From Nemertoderma westbladi (taxonomy: Eukaryota; Animalia; Xenacoelomorpha), in contig JAUCBJ010003589.1 of the NCBI GenBank assembly GCA_032718475.1, forward strand, positions 1-49,354: DNA of 49,354 nucleotides. The letters are read 5' to 3'. The translations under genes and the position numbers were made by a program. The first letter of the stretch is position 1. Every line of letters starts with the position of its first letter. The notes below the pieces were generated by a model that was not told the DNA's origin, did not search any database, and saw only the letters and a program-made list of their open reading frames with translations. Below, one piece after another: positions 1 through 11,500 of this stretch.

Positions 1-1439
1 GCCACTTTTGCCTCTGCCGCTGCCTCGGCTGCTGCCTCTGCCGCTTTTGCCTCTGCCGCTGCCTCTGTCGCTTTTGCCTCTGCCGCTGCCTCTGCCGCTT
101 TTGCCTTGGCCGCTGCCTCTGCCGCCTTTGCCTCTGCCGCTGCCTCTGCCGCTTTTGCCTCTGCCGCTGCCTCTGCCGCTTTTGCCTTGGCCGCTACCTC
201 TGCCGCCTTTGCCTTGGCCGCCGCCGCCTTTCTTTCTGCTTCTGCAGCTACCACTGCTGCTTTCTTTCTGTCTTCTATACGTTTTTTCTTTACTTGTTCT
301 TCTTGAACTCGTGTGATGCGGAGTTGTTCATCGAATTTAGCCTGATTCGCAGCCCTCATTTCCACATCGATGGCATCCAACACAAGCTTGGTTCCTTCAC
401 TATTAGGGCTAAGTCCCTCTAACCTTCTCCTCAACTCGTCATCACCTAAAAAACGTTGATAGTCTGACAGATAGATGTCAATGGCATCCCTCTTATGCGG
501 TTTCTCTGCCGTCGCTTCACTTTCCACTTGGGAAGAAATAGCGTCCGTTGATTCTCCATGGGTTGAGCGCTCCTCCAATTGAGCTTTCCACTGAGCTGCT
601 CCTTGAACCTGGCGACTCACCCTTTGAAACCAAGTCTTTACGGCAACTTGCAACGACGTGTCTTGCTTTCGTTTAGAAGCCTCCTCAAAGGCGGATAAGA
701 TTAGCCTAATCCGCAGAACTCTTTCTCTAACTTGATAAAGCAGCGATCCCTGCTCTTGAGGTCCTTGAGGTTGTTGAAAAAGTTGCTTTTCTATTCGCTC
801 CATAGAGCTGAAGAATCCCTGTGCGTATCCGGCTGCGGACCTCTTCCACACAGCTGGATCGATGGTTTCCTTGGCTACTCCCATCCGGTGTATGTCTTCC
901 CAGGCAGCTTCTGATAAATCAAACGGGAGTCCGGGTCCGGGGAAGTTCCATTGCGACTCGACAATAGACTTCAGTTCTTCACTAGTGTATCCCGCATAAC
1001 TATCTCTAGTTGACCGTTGACTTCTCGCCCAATCGATCTGGTGTTCTTCCACCGCGATCAATAACCCAGCGAGCACGGCTGCAGGAAGGATGAGAAGGGG
1101 ATCCGTATAAACCGCATCCGTCATCTCTGCTCCGCTCTCGGGTGTCAGCTCTACAGTATCCTCACTACTGGAGCTGCTGGGCCGCTGAGGAATAAGTTCT
1201 TGACTAACGGGTTGTTGCTGTTCCGCTGCTTCTTGGTCCCGCTTGACCTGAGCTCGGGTGCCTATGATAGACCTACGATGTTGGACCAGCCTAGGTTCTT
1301 TTATTACTACTGGAGGGATGACTTTCCTCACAGTGGGGGGTGAACTGGACTTACGACCAGACGGTTCTACGTCTCTATCTGAGTCGCAGATAGTTACATC
1401 TAATAAACTGTCTGACAGGTTCTGCTTAGTATCAGACAT
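1..1439 (-). CDS. N-terminus of Gag(-Pol) of copy A, runs off window
   Basis: ATG at 1439 reads MSDTKQNLSDSLLD, as in ORF 5556, with many synonymous differences. Ends in an Ala/Glu/Lys repeat (AEAKAAE). No stop in the segments I translated; I did not check every codon. Confidence 0.8.
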   Translation of the reverse strand, partial: MSDTKQNLSDSLLDVTICDSDRDVEPSGRKSSSPPTVRKVIPPVVIKEPRLVQHRRSIIGTRAQVKRDQEAAEQQQPVSQELIPQRPSSSSSEDTVELTPESGAEMTDAVYTDPLLILPAAVLAGLLIAVEEHQIDWARSQRSTRDSYAGYTSEELKSIVESQWNFPGPGLPFDLSEAAWEDIHRMGVAKETIDPAVWKRSAAGYAQGFFSSMERIEKQLFQQPQGPQEQGSLLYQVRERVLRIRLILSAFEEASKRKQDTSLQVAVKTWFQRVSRQVQGAAQWKAQLEERSTHGESTDAISSQVESEATAEKPHKRDAIDIYLSDYQRFLGDDELRRRLEGLSPNSEGTKLVLDAIDVEMRAANQAKFDEQLRITRVQEEQVKKKRIEDRKKAAVVAAEAERKAAAAKAKAAEVAAKAKAAEAAAEAKAAEAAAEAKAAEAAAKAKAAEAAAEAKATEAAAEAKAAEAAAEAAAEAKV

Positions 1440-2755
1440 GACTATGTATACCGTTGAATGTCTACTGCTGTATTACAGTCTGAGCAAGTCTAGGAACTCA
1501 GTATTAACTGCTAGCCTAGTAATTAATTACCGGTACTGCTACTCAGTGTAGCGTGATATATATAATATATTAGAATACCGGTATGCTTATAGTATATATA
1601 ACTATTATTACAGACTAGGTTTATCACAGAATACCGGTATAATTTTAGCACAAATATATATAAATATATAATAGGCCTATCGGAATACCGGTATACAGCT
1701 TACACTTATAGTGTATATATATAAGTATAATTACAAACTAGAATTAATTACAAGTACCGGTATAATTTCAGCCGAAATTTATAGAAATAAAGATAATAGG
1801 CCTATCGTAAATACCGGTATATCAATTATTTTAAATAATTGAATTTCTGAATTTTAGGGTTACTTGGTTACTTTACTTACTTTATTACCGTTATTTGAGC
1901 AGTAATCCAACTGATATTGAGACCTAATGGTTGTATGGTAGGCCTACGATTTATAAATCGTTAGATTTGATTTATAATATATATATACCCGTTTTAATGG
2001 GTTTTGTCAATGTTTGAAATAAATGTTATTATTTCTGGGGAGTAATCACTACACAAAGCGGTGCGCTTTCAGTGAAGTGTTACGTACAGGACACTAAAAC
2101 AAATAATACTAATTTACCTAAGTTACTTAATACTACAAATTACGTACAATTCGGGTTGAGATTACAATCTCTAAATAAACACAAAAATTTACAAAAACAC
2201 AAATACGAATTTTTAGGGTAATTTTACAAGAAGTCTACAAACCAGCCTAACAAAGGGTTAGAAAACCGGTTATTACAACGGACAGGGTACTACGGTATTT
2301 GAAATAATAAGTAGTAGTAAATACACTGCGTTGTCCAGATAGGAAAATACCACCGCCTGACGACCTATAGCCGTATCGCTATAGGTTCTACGTTATGTAT
2401 CACGGAGTGTTCCTACCTAGAAGTTAATAGAGCTAATCGAATGTGCCTATCAACCACTTTACAACACAGATATAATGTCTACAATAATTACTTCGGAAAG
2501 TACTGTACACTAAACCCTAAATTAGGTACGAGTACTTGTACAACAGATAATCAGTAGTTAAATATACTTGAACAGCTAAAAGAACCACGGCATCTGCTGG
2601 AGTGACCGATGCACAAAATCACCAGTCTTTACCTACGCCGAGCAGCCCGTGTAGTACCGGGGTTAATTTAACTATAGCGGTATGTATAACAAACACAATT
2701 ACTGTAGGAACAAACTTGGGGAATGAATGTTGCGGATAATCGCATAAACTCTGAA

Positions 2756-3331
2756 TAATAAATATTACGCTACGCGTACAAACTACTCAAACAAAATACA
2801 GACCGAACACTGACAGACTACTATCAAGCCTAAACAAACTACGGTATATGCAGACTCCGAAATGATTAGGGAGTATGCGCTCTAACCCAGTAGTGCGACT
2901 TATTCTTTAGTTGGGGGTTTACCTTACAGCGTTCGCTGCCCCTACTTCCTAACCGTACTTAATCGGACAAATGATCTACACACGCTGCAATCCGTTCAGA
3001 CCTAATAACAGCCGGACAACTATCCAGCCTACAAATTATCTAAATAAAATTATACGCTACCCGTACAGACTTACACAAACAAAGTACAGACTAAACGATG
3101 GCAGACTACTCTCAAGCCTAAATAAACTACAGGACATGCAGACTCCGAAATGATTAGGGAGTATGCGCTCTAACCCAGTAGTGCGACTTATTCTTTAGTT
3201 GGGGGTTTACCTTACAGCGTTCGCTGCCCCTACTGCCTAATCGTACTTAATCGGACAGGTGATCTACACACACTGCAATTCGTTCGGACTTAACAGCAAT
3301 CAGACAACAGCTCAGCCTACAAATTGTCTGT
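2756..3331. repeat. ~290-bp tandem duplication in the leader of copy A
   Basis: The block GCAGACTCCGAAATGATTAGGGAGTATGCGCTCTAACCCAGTAGTGCG... occurs at ~2850 and ~3138. Confidence 0.9.
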
Positions 3332-3613
3332 ACAATCTGATCAGGTTTACACGCCTTCTGTTCAATACTGGCCTACAAACAAATAAAACTGACAGAAATA
3401 GGCCTAAGTAAAAATCCCAATAAAAACCAGGCGTCCCCGATTAATTATTAAGACCTACCGGCATATATAATCAAATCGAATAATACTGCTGTACTTATAC
3501 GGAAGTACCGGTACCGGTCCGGCCACTGATCAGGCAGTCAGGCCTACTGGTTACCGGTCGACCGGTACTTTCGACTTTATTGCTTACTGCAATAAAGAAG
3601 CTATATCCTTTAA

Positions 3614-4813
3614 TGTTCGCGCTTTCAGACCTTTGGCAGTTTAACCCACCAAATTAAGATGTCTTCTAGATATTAAATCGGTTTTTAGTCTATGACAAGT
3701 ATTTGATTCACTACACTAGTCGAAACCAATCTGTGCGCGATCATTCACCCGCTGGATATTCCCGGGAGATTGGGTTCGACGGTTTAATTTTATTGCTATG
3801 TAAGCCTAATGTATTATTCGACTGACAGTACTATATAATCTCTGACAATATTATTCACCTTCGGTAATATTAACAGTTCCTTTAGGACGTGGCGCTTTAT
3901 CTATATAAACAGAGTTATGACTTAAACTACTCACAACGATATGGCTTAATTATAATTCACATATATGGCGCATTCTTTAGGAATTGCTTCTTTAACAGAC
4001 TCACTCATACACAATGCTGCACAATACTGCACACTAATCTGCCAATCTTCACTGATTTTAGTCACATATAAAAGGAACACAGACTGACTCATGTAGGGTC
4101 TATCAAATAACATTAGATTCACTTCAAACCACTTTAACATAAGTCACAATCGTTTATCTGTAACCCTTCTCTCTTACCTTCGGTATATCAAGAATATTGG
4201 GTTTCGGGGTTATTTATCGTTATTCCAAATATAATTATTCATCAACCATATTATGAAGAACTGACGGTAAATAGCAGTATAAAACAACAATGAAAACACT
4301 GATTGTTATGAGTTTGCAATGTTTCAGCAGTCAGCATGTATGATCAGTCAGCAGTTAAAGGATATATGTCCTTGTAATTAAACCTACTAGTGTAAGACTA
4401 AAAACAGTAAAGCACAAAATACTTCCAAGCCGTTCTTTCTTTGGCTCAGGACTGAATGTAAACACTGCACATCGGAAATTTTCTGTACAAGGAGCCACAA
4501 AAACGCTCTAATTGGCTGACTGAACTGAGAGACGCCGTAGAACAAAGGAAATCAACACGTATGAATGTCAGCTGTTAACCGTAGTCATAGTAACTACTGT
4601 TCAAGAGTAGCTATCACCCCTTTGCGTCACGAATTGCCATAGAATCATAAAATATGCCTTTCACAGTACACATACGGAGGAAATAGGTCTTAGATCCTCT
4701 AAAAACACCGATACAGCAATAATACGGTCTCTTACACTTATTAAATCAACTACAGAGTATTTTAATGTAAAAGATAATAAAAATAACGGGGCAATTCAGC
4801 AAAGGCTTTTACA
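3614..4813 (-). repeat. 5' LTR of copy A (1200 bp)
   Basis: On the minus strand it begins TGTAAAAGCC and ends GAAAGCGCGAACA (TG...CA termini). Colinear with 18349-19514. Confidence 0.9.
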
Positions 4814-5049
4814 CGCTCTGTGTAGTGACTCCCCCCAGAAATAATAACATTTATTTCAAATATTGAAAAAACCCATTTTAACGGGTATATATATTATAAA
4901 TCAACTCAAACGATTTATAAATAGTAGGCCTGCCATACAACAATTAGGTCTTAATATCAGTTGGACTACTGCTTAAATAACGGTAATAAAGTAAGTTAAA
5001 GTAACCAAGTAACCCCTAAAATTCAGAAATTCAATTATTCCAAAATAAT

Positions 5050-5470
5050 TGACATACCGGTATTTACCATAGGCTTATTATATTTATTTCTATAAATTTA
5101 GGCTGAAATCATACCGGTATTCTGTAATTAATTCTAGTCTGTAATTATACTTATATATATACTATAAGTGTAAGCTGTATACCGGTATTCACGATAGGCC
5201 TATTATATATTTATAAATTTAGGCTGAAAATTATACCGGTATTCTGTAATTAATTCTAGTCCATAATTATACTTATATATACTATAAGTGTAAACTGTAT
5301 ACCGGTATTCACGATAGGCCTATTATATATTTATATATATTTGTGCTAAAATTATATACCGGTATTCTGTGACAAACCTAGTCTGTAATAATACTTATAT
5401 ATACTATAAGCATACCGGTATTCTAATATATTATATATATCACGCTACACTGAGTAGCAGTATCGGTAAT
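5050..5470. repeat. Leader array of ~60/120-bp units, each with a TACCGGTA palindrome
   Basis: TACCGGTA at 5055, 5112, 5180, 5234, 5300, 5357 and 5413. Mirrored at ~1528-1820 in copy A. Confidence 0.85.
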
Positions 5471-5555
5471 TAATTACTAGGCTAACAGTGATACTGAATT
5501 ACTAGACTTGCTTAAACTGTAATATAGCAGTAGGCATTCAACTGTACAAACAAAC

Positions 5556-8500
5556 ATGTCTGACACAAAGCAAAACCTGTCAGACAGTCTCCTTGATACA
5601 ACCATATGTGACCCAGACAGGAGTGTGGAACGTGTGAGACCGAAGTTCAACTCACCTCCTACTGTAAGAAAGATCATCCCTCCAGTAGTAATATCAGACC
5701 CTAGGCTAGTCCAACACCGTAGGTCTATCATAGGCACTCGAGCTCAGGTCAAGCGGGACCAAGAAGCAGCAGAACAGCAACAACCCGCGAGCCGAGAACT
5801 TATTTCTCAATGGCCCGACAGCTCCAGTAGTGCGGATACTGTAGAGCTGACACCCGAGCACGGAGCAAAGATGACAGATGCGGTTTATTCGGATCCCCTT
5901 CTCATCCTTCCTGCAGCCGTACTCACGAGGTTATTGATTGCGGTAGAGGAACACCAGATTGATTGGGCGAGAAATAAGCGATCAACTAAGGATAGTTATG
6001 CGGGATACGCAAGGGAAGAACTGAAGCCTATGGTCGAGTCGCAATGGAACTTCCCCGGACCCGGACTCCCGTTTGATTTATCGGAAGCTGCCTGGGAAGA
6101 CATACACAGGATGGGAGTAACCAAGGAAACCATCGATCCAGCTGTGTGGAAGAGGTCCGCAGCCGGATACGTACAGGGATTCTTCAGCTCCATGGAGCGA
6201 TTAGAAGAACAATTGTTTAGACAATCACAAGGACCTCAAGAGCAGGGAGAGCTGCTTTATCAAGTTCGAGAAAGAATTTTAAGAATCAGACTAATCCTAT
6301 CGGCCTTTGAGGAGGCTTCGAAAAGAAGGCAAGACACGTCGTTGCAAGTTGCCGTAAAGACTTGGTTACAGCGGGTGAGTCTCCAAGTTCAAAGAACTGC
6401 CCCGTGGAAATCTCAGTTAGCTGAGCGCTCAACCCATGAAGAATCCACAGACGCTACATTTTCCCAAGTGGAAAGTGAAGCGACAGCAGAGAAACCGCAT
6501 AAGAGGGATGCTATTGACATCTATCTGTCAGACTATCAACGCTTTGTAGGTGATGAAGAGTTGAGGAGAAGGCTGGAGGGGCTTAGCCCTAATAGTGAAG
6601 GAGCCAAGCTTGTGTTGGACGCAATCGATGTGGATATGAGAGCTGCGAACCAAGCTAAATTTGATGAACGCCTCCGCATCACTAGAGTCCAAGAAGAACA
6701 AGTAAAGAAAAAACGTATAGAAGACAGAAAGATAGCAGCAGCGGCAGCAGCAGAGGCAGAGGCAGAAGCAGAAAGAAAAGCGGCAGAAGTGTAAAGAAAA
6801 GCGGCAGAGGCAAAAGCTGCAGCGGCAAAATCAGATAGAAAAGCGGCAGTGGCAGCAGTAGAAGCGGAAAGAAGAGCGGCAGAGGCAAAAGCTGCAGCGG
6901 CAGAATCAGATAGAAAAGCGGCAGTGGCAGCAGTAGAAGCAGAAAGAAAGCGAGCATTGGCAGAAGCAGAACGAAGAGCAGCTGAAGAGACCACCCAACT
7001 GGAGTTGGAGGATATTCAGGAGAGTCAGGACTGCATAAATAAACAGTTAACAGCTAGTCAAATGCAGATGATGAGTCGATCTACTCCCAAGAGACAGGGT
7101 TTTACATCATCAGATGAGGGCGATACAACAGATCCTGAAGGCGGAGGAAATCGATCTCGTCTCAGCAGACGTAGAAGAATGTCCCACCGTCAGAAATTGC
7201 ATGATTTGCCCCCAGCTGTTCGAAAACAACTAGTTAGCACAGACTTAGGTAGTACAGAACCCACAGACCAAATTATTAAAATAGACAGACTCCCTACTAT
7301 AGTAGATGAGCCTGAAATAATTAGTTCTCGAATCCCCCCCTTCGGTGATAGAGACACCTGTACTCCCAGAACCTACCTCTAGATTCCCTTTGCATAGCAC
7401 TAAGCTACCTGTGCCCAGCAGAACAGCCCAGGAGACAGTTCATGTTCTGTTCATGTTCATATTAATGATTTGTCGCCCGTTGTCCCTCGTCTGCCCGCTA
7501 CAACGTTGGCGGCTCCCGCTTCGGCGGTCGAGTGGGTGGATGAGAGACCGCGGGGGATGGATCTCCTGCTCGGGCAGATGCAGGAGACTGTTAAGCAGTT
7601 CAAGGGCACAGTAAGGGAAAGTAGGTTAGAGTTGCAAGAAGTGCAGCAAAGTATCGCGTTAGAACGCGATAAATTAGTAAATACACAAAGGGGTATACCA
7701 CCACCCCCGGTAACAATGTGTCAACCTGTTAGGTCTGAAGTATCTCATGCGCAAGGTGTGGAGCCTACACGCATCTATACTGCTAGTGAAGTGGAAACTC
7801 CTATAGTGAACCCTATTAAGGGTAATTATAAACCTGTTGATAATGATATTCCCTATAGACTTGTTCATAATCCGAGAAATTTATATACCGATAACTCAAT
7901 ATTAAATAACACGATGGCCCAAGAAAGTTTTACACGTCAAATGGCTAGAACCGAAGCCCGTCAAGCGGTAAAGGTGGGAGAGATAGTCAAGTTCAATGGA
8001 GATGAGATGAAATGGTTACCTTTTAATGAATATTACAAAGATAACATACAGAACTCTGTGCTATCTAATGGAGAGAAACTTAGATTCCTCATCAAGTGTT
8101 TGGAAGGATCTCCCAAGTTAATGGCGTTAAAGTTTATTGGACATCCGGATGGATTAAGACAAGTTTGGGATACACTAAACATCAGGTATGGTAATAGGAA
8201 TAACATAGCTAAATATTTGTATGCAAAATTAGTAGGGCCCCGAAAGTTCATTAGCAGCGGGATAATAGAGTTTACCGATGAGATTCAAGAGATCTGTAGA
8301 CAATTAGATTGGTTAGGTAAGTCTCATGAATATCAGAGTTCTATGGTTATTGGAGCCGTGGCTTCTACTTTATCTAAGGGTGGAGTAGGTACACGCTGGG
8401 ATAAGAAAGTGTTATATATGATGGAACAACAACGACGAGACCCTACCATGGCTGATCTCATGTCATTCTTAGATGGAGAAGTGAAATTACAACTCCTAAA

Positions 8501-11500
8501 ACAGTCCAGAGAGAAGACACCGGAAAACAAGGTAAGTGAGAAACCCGTTTCTAGGAGAAAAGTAACACCAGTGTGTTATACCGACGACGGCAAAAGCCAG
8601 ACTTCTCAAGGAGAGGATAGCGGGAAAGACACTGAAAGATCTTATTATGTCAATAAAACGCCTAAAGAACAGGTAAGTAAATTCAAGTCTCGAACCAATG
8701 ACAGGAGAGAACAGGTAAGAAAAACTCCTCCTACGTCTCCTAAGAGAATTCAGGTGAGAAAGCCCGAAGAAAGAACAAATGTGCACAATGTTATTCAAAA
8801 TAAGGTAAGTAACATCAAACCGAAATGTGTGCTATGTGACGGGACCCACCATTTGAATATGTATGATGAATTCCTGAAGAAATCATTAACAGAGAGACGG
8901 GAAGTCATGTGGGATAAGCGGTTGTGTTATAATTGCCTCAGACAAGGACACCAATGGCGAACCTGTTACTCCGACACAAGGTGTGCAAAGTGCGGTGCGA
9001 AACATCATATTTTGTTGCACACTGAATTCGAACGAAACAGTCCGAGTCAGGTAAGTGATTCCGAACTACATGTCCAATTCAGTGATGTGAACGACACTGA
9101 CCAAAGTTCTGAGATGGAAGGATTCTATACAGATGAATTCTCCGACGAAGATGAATCCTGTTACATGATAAATACCGCTGTGTATCGAGCACTTACGTAT
9201 GAAAAAGACACAGACAGTGACCTCACCCTAACTACTTCTGATTGACAACCATCTTGGAAAGCGCCAACTTCCAATGTAGAAATCCGAGAATTTCCTGTAG
9301 TACAGTTAAGGGTCCACGGACCTAAAAGGAGTTATATAGTGAACGCCCTCCTTGACTCCGGTAGCACAGGAACATTCATCGACAAAGAACTAGCCGAAGA
9401 CATCTTTGCTGGACAACCCAAGTTCCGAACTAAGCTAAACATGTCAGGAATTATGCATTTTTGGAAATCTACAGTAATCGCGGATTATTATGTAGGTGCG
9501 TTGTCCACCCCCCAGGATGAACTAGGAGAACATAGTATAAGGTCAGTAAAAATGGTGGCGATAAAGAACTTCGCTACCAGCCAAGTGGAACCTTATAACT
9601 GGGATGAGGACGATTTCACCCAGCAGCTCGAAATACCTAGATTTAACACCGATTACCCTGGAGTGCAAATACTTATCGGTCAAAACGCGCATGAAGCGCT
9701 CGAAACATTGGAGAAACGGCCTGCTCAACCGCAACCACTACAAGCTTATGCGGGAAGAACTAGAGTGGGTTGGTACTTTACTGGCCCTTCCCGTAGAACT
9801 CTCATGGAAAGATTACCGAAAGATCAGGTATATCAAGTAAGAGAATGGGAAGTTGAGAGCAGTGAGTTAGACGATCCAACTGAGGGAACACCATACTCCT
9901 CAGATAATGACGATGTCCACCAACTATTCGACGAGGAGAATACCATTGATCTCCTTAAGGAAAACCAGACTTGGCAAAACCAAGTGAACTTATGTCAGCT
10001 CCTTGAACACGCCGTACGATTCTTTACTCAAGAGGCTGTAGAGCCCAATTCCTACGATAAGGCCCTATCGGTAGAGGAAGAAAGAGCCAAGCAGATCCAA
10101 GAGACAACTACACGTTTTCTTAAAGATCAAGGTAGATATGAGATCGGTCTACCTTTCCGAAAGCGAGAACCAAAGTTCATAAACAACAGACCCTTGGCGG
10201 AGAAAAGAATTGCTCAACTACATCAACGCCTTACGGCAAATTCTTCAGCTAAAGAAATGTATCAAACGCAGTTGAAGAAATATATTAGCAAGGGATATGC
10301 GGAGCGAGTACCGGAAGAAACACCTATAACTGAGAGAACGTATTATTTAACTCACCATTACGTTCCCAAACCCGGTAAACCCCATGAGGTACGAGTGGTG
10401 TTTGACGGCTCGGCCCTCTATATGGGCCAATCCCTTAATTCCGAATTGTTACCTGGACCCAACTTACTCCAATCCTTGTTGGGAATACTCTTAAGATTAA
10501 GACAATATTCAATCGCTTTCGCCTCAGATATAGAAGGCATGTTCTTACAAGTCAAGGCGCTGGATAGGGATCGAGATAGCCTACGATTTCTGTGGTGGCC
10601 TGAAGGAGACCTCAACCAGAAACCGGTGGAGTACTGGATGACCATCCAGGCTTTTGGGATAATCTCAAGCCCTTCAAACGCCTGTTCAGTGGTGCGCACC
10701 ACTGCGGATGACAACCGAGAAGCCTTCTCTAAAGAGGTGATTGACAACATCAAACGGGATATATACATGGACGACAACCTAAAGTCCCTTCCATCAGTCG
10801 AAGAAGCCATTGATGTCGCTAAAGGAACGGTAGAGTGCTTAAAAAGAGGTGGATTTCGACCATTTTCGACCTAAATTCACCAGCAACTCCCGTGAGTTTC
10901 TGGAGTCGATCCCGGTAGAAGATCGAGGAGCGAAAGACCTAGATCTAATCAAAGATGATCTTCCAGAAACCAAGACACTTGGTTTGAAATGGGACACAGA
11001 GAGAGATATCCTGTTTTTCCAGCTAAAACAGCGAGATAATCCAGTTCGGACTAGACGGATTTGTTTAAGTATCCTGAGCACTTATTTCGATCCATTGGGA
11101 TTTATTAGCCCAGTTATATTGATTGCTCGGAGTTTAGTACAACAAATGTGGCTTGAAAACCACTCATGGGACGATCCACTTAAGGGAGACTTATTAAAGA
11201 AGTGGATGAAATGGGAAGATTCTCTACCAGCCATCGAGAACTTTATAATTTCCCGTTCATATTTTGGTCATGTTCTCCCTACGTATTCCTATCAACTCCA
11301 TGTGTTTGGAGACGCCAGCGATATGGGAATAGGTATAGTAGCCTACCTAAGAGTGGAAACTCCGGATGGAATCAAAGTCGCCTTGGTTACCTCTAAGGCA
11401 TTGATAAACAACAATTTGAAAGTTCCTCGAGCGGAGTTAAAAGCGGCTCTATACGCTACAGCCATCGGCCGGAATGTAACAGAACAGATCGATTATCCAT

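Larger units (their letters stand above)
1..4813 (-). mobile_element. BEL/Pao LTR retrotransposon copy A, 5' part (5' LTR, leader, start of gag); continues off the left edge
   Basis: Positions 1-2059 are a diverged reverse complement of 4814-~6750. 3614-4813 is a diverged reverse complement of the LTR at 18349-19514. Confidence 0.92.

Noticed and set aside
1258-1551. Antisense ORF shared with 5477-5737
   Set aside because: Same-phase shadow of the conserved gag start, with a non-ATG start and different ends.
9243-9248. Programmed gag/pol read-through at TGA-CAA
   Set aside because: Position is suggestive, but five other nonsense stops exist and BEL/Pao usually has a single ORF. It needs an intact copy to judge.
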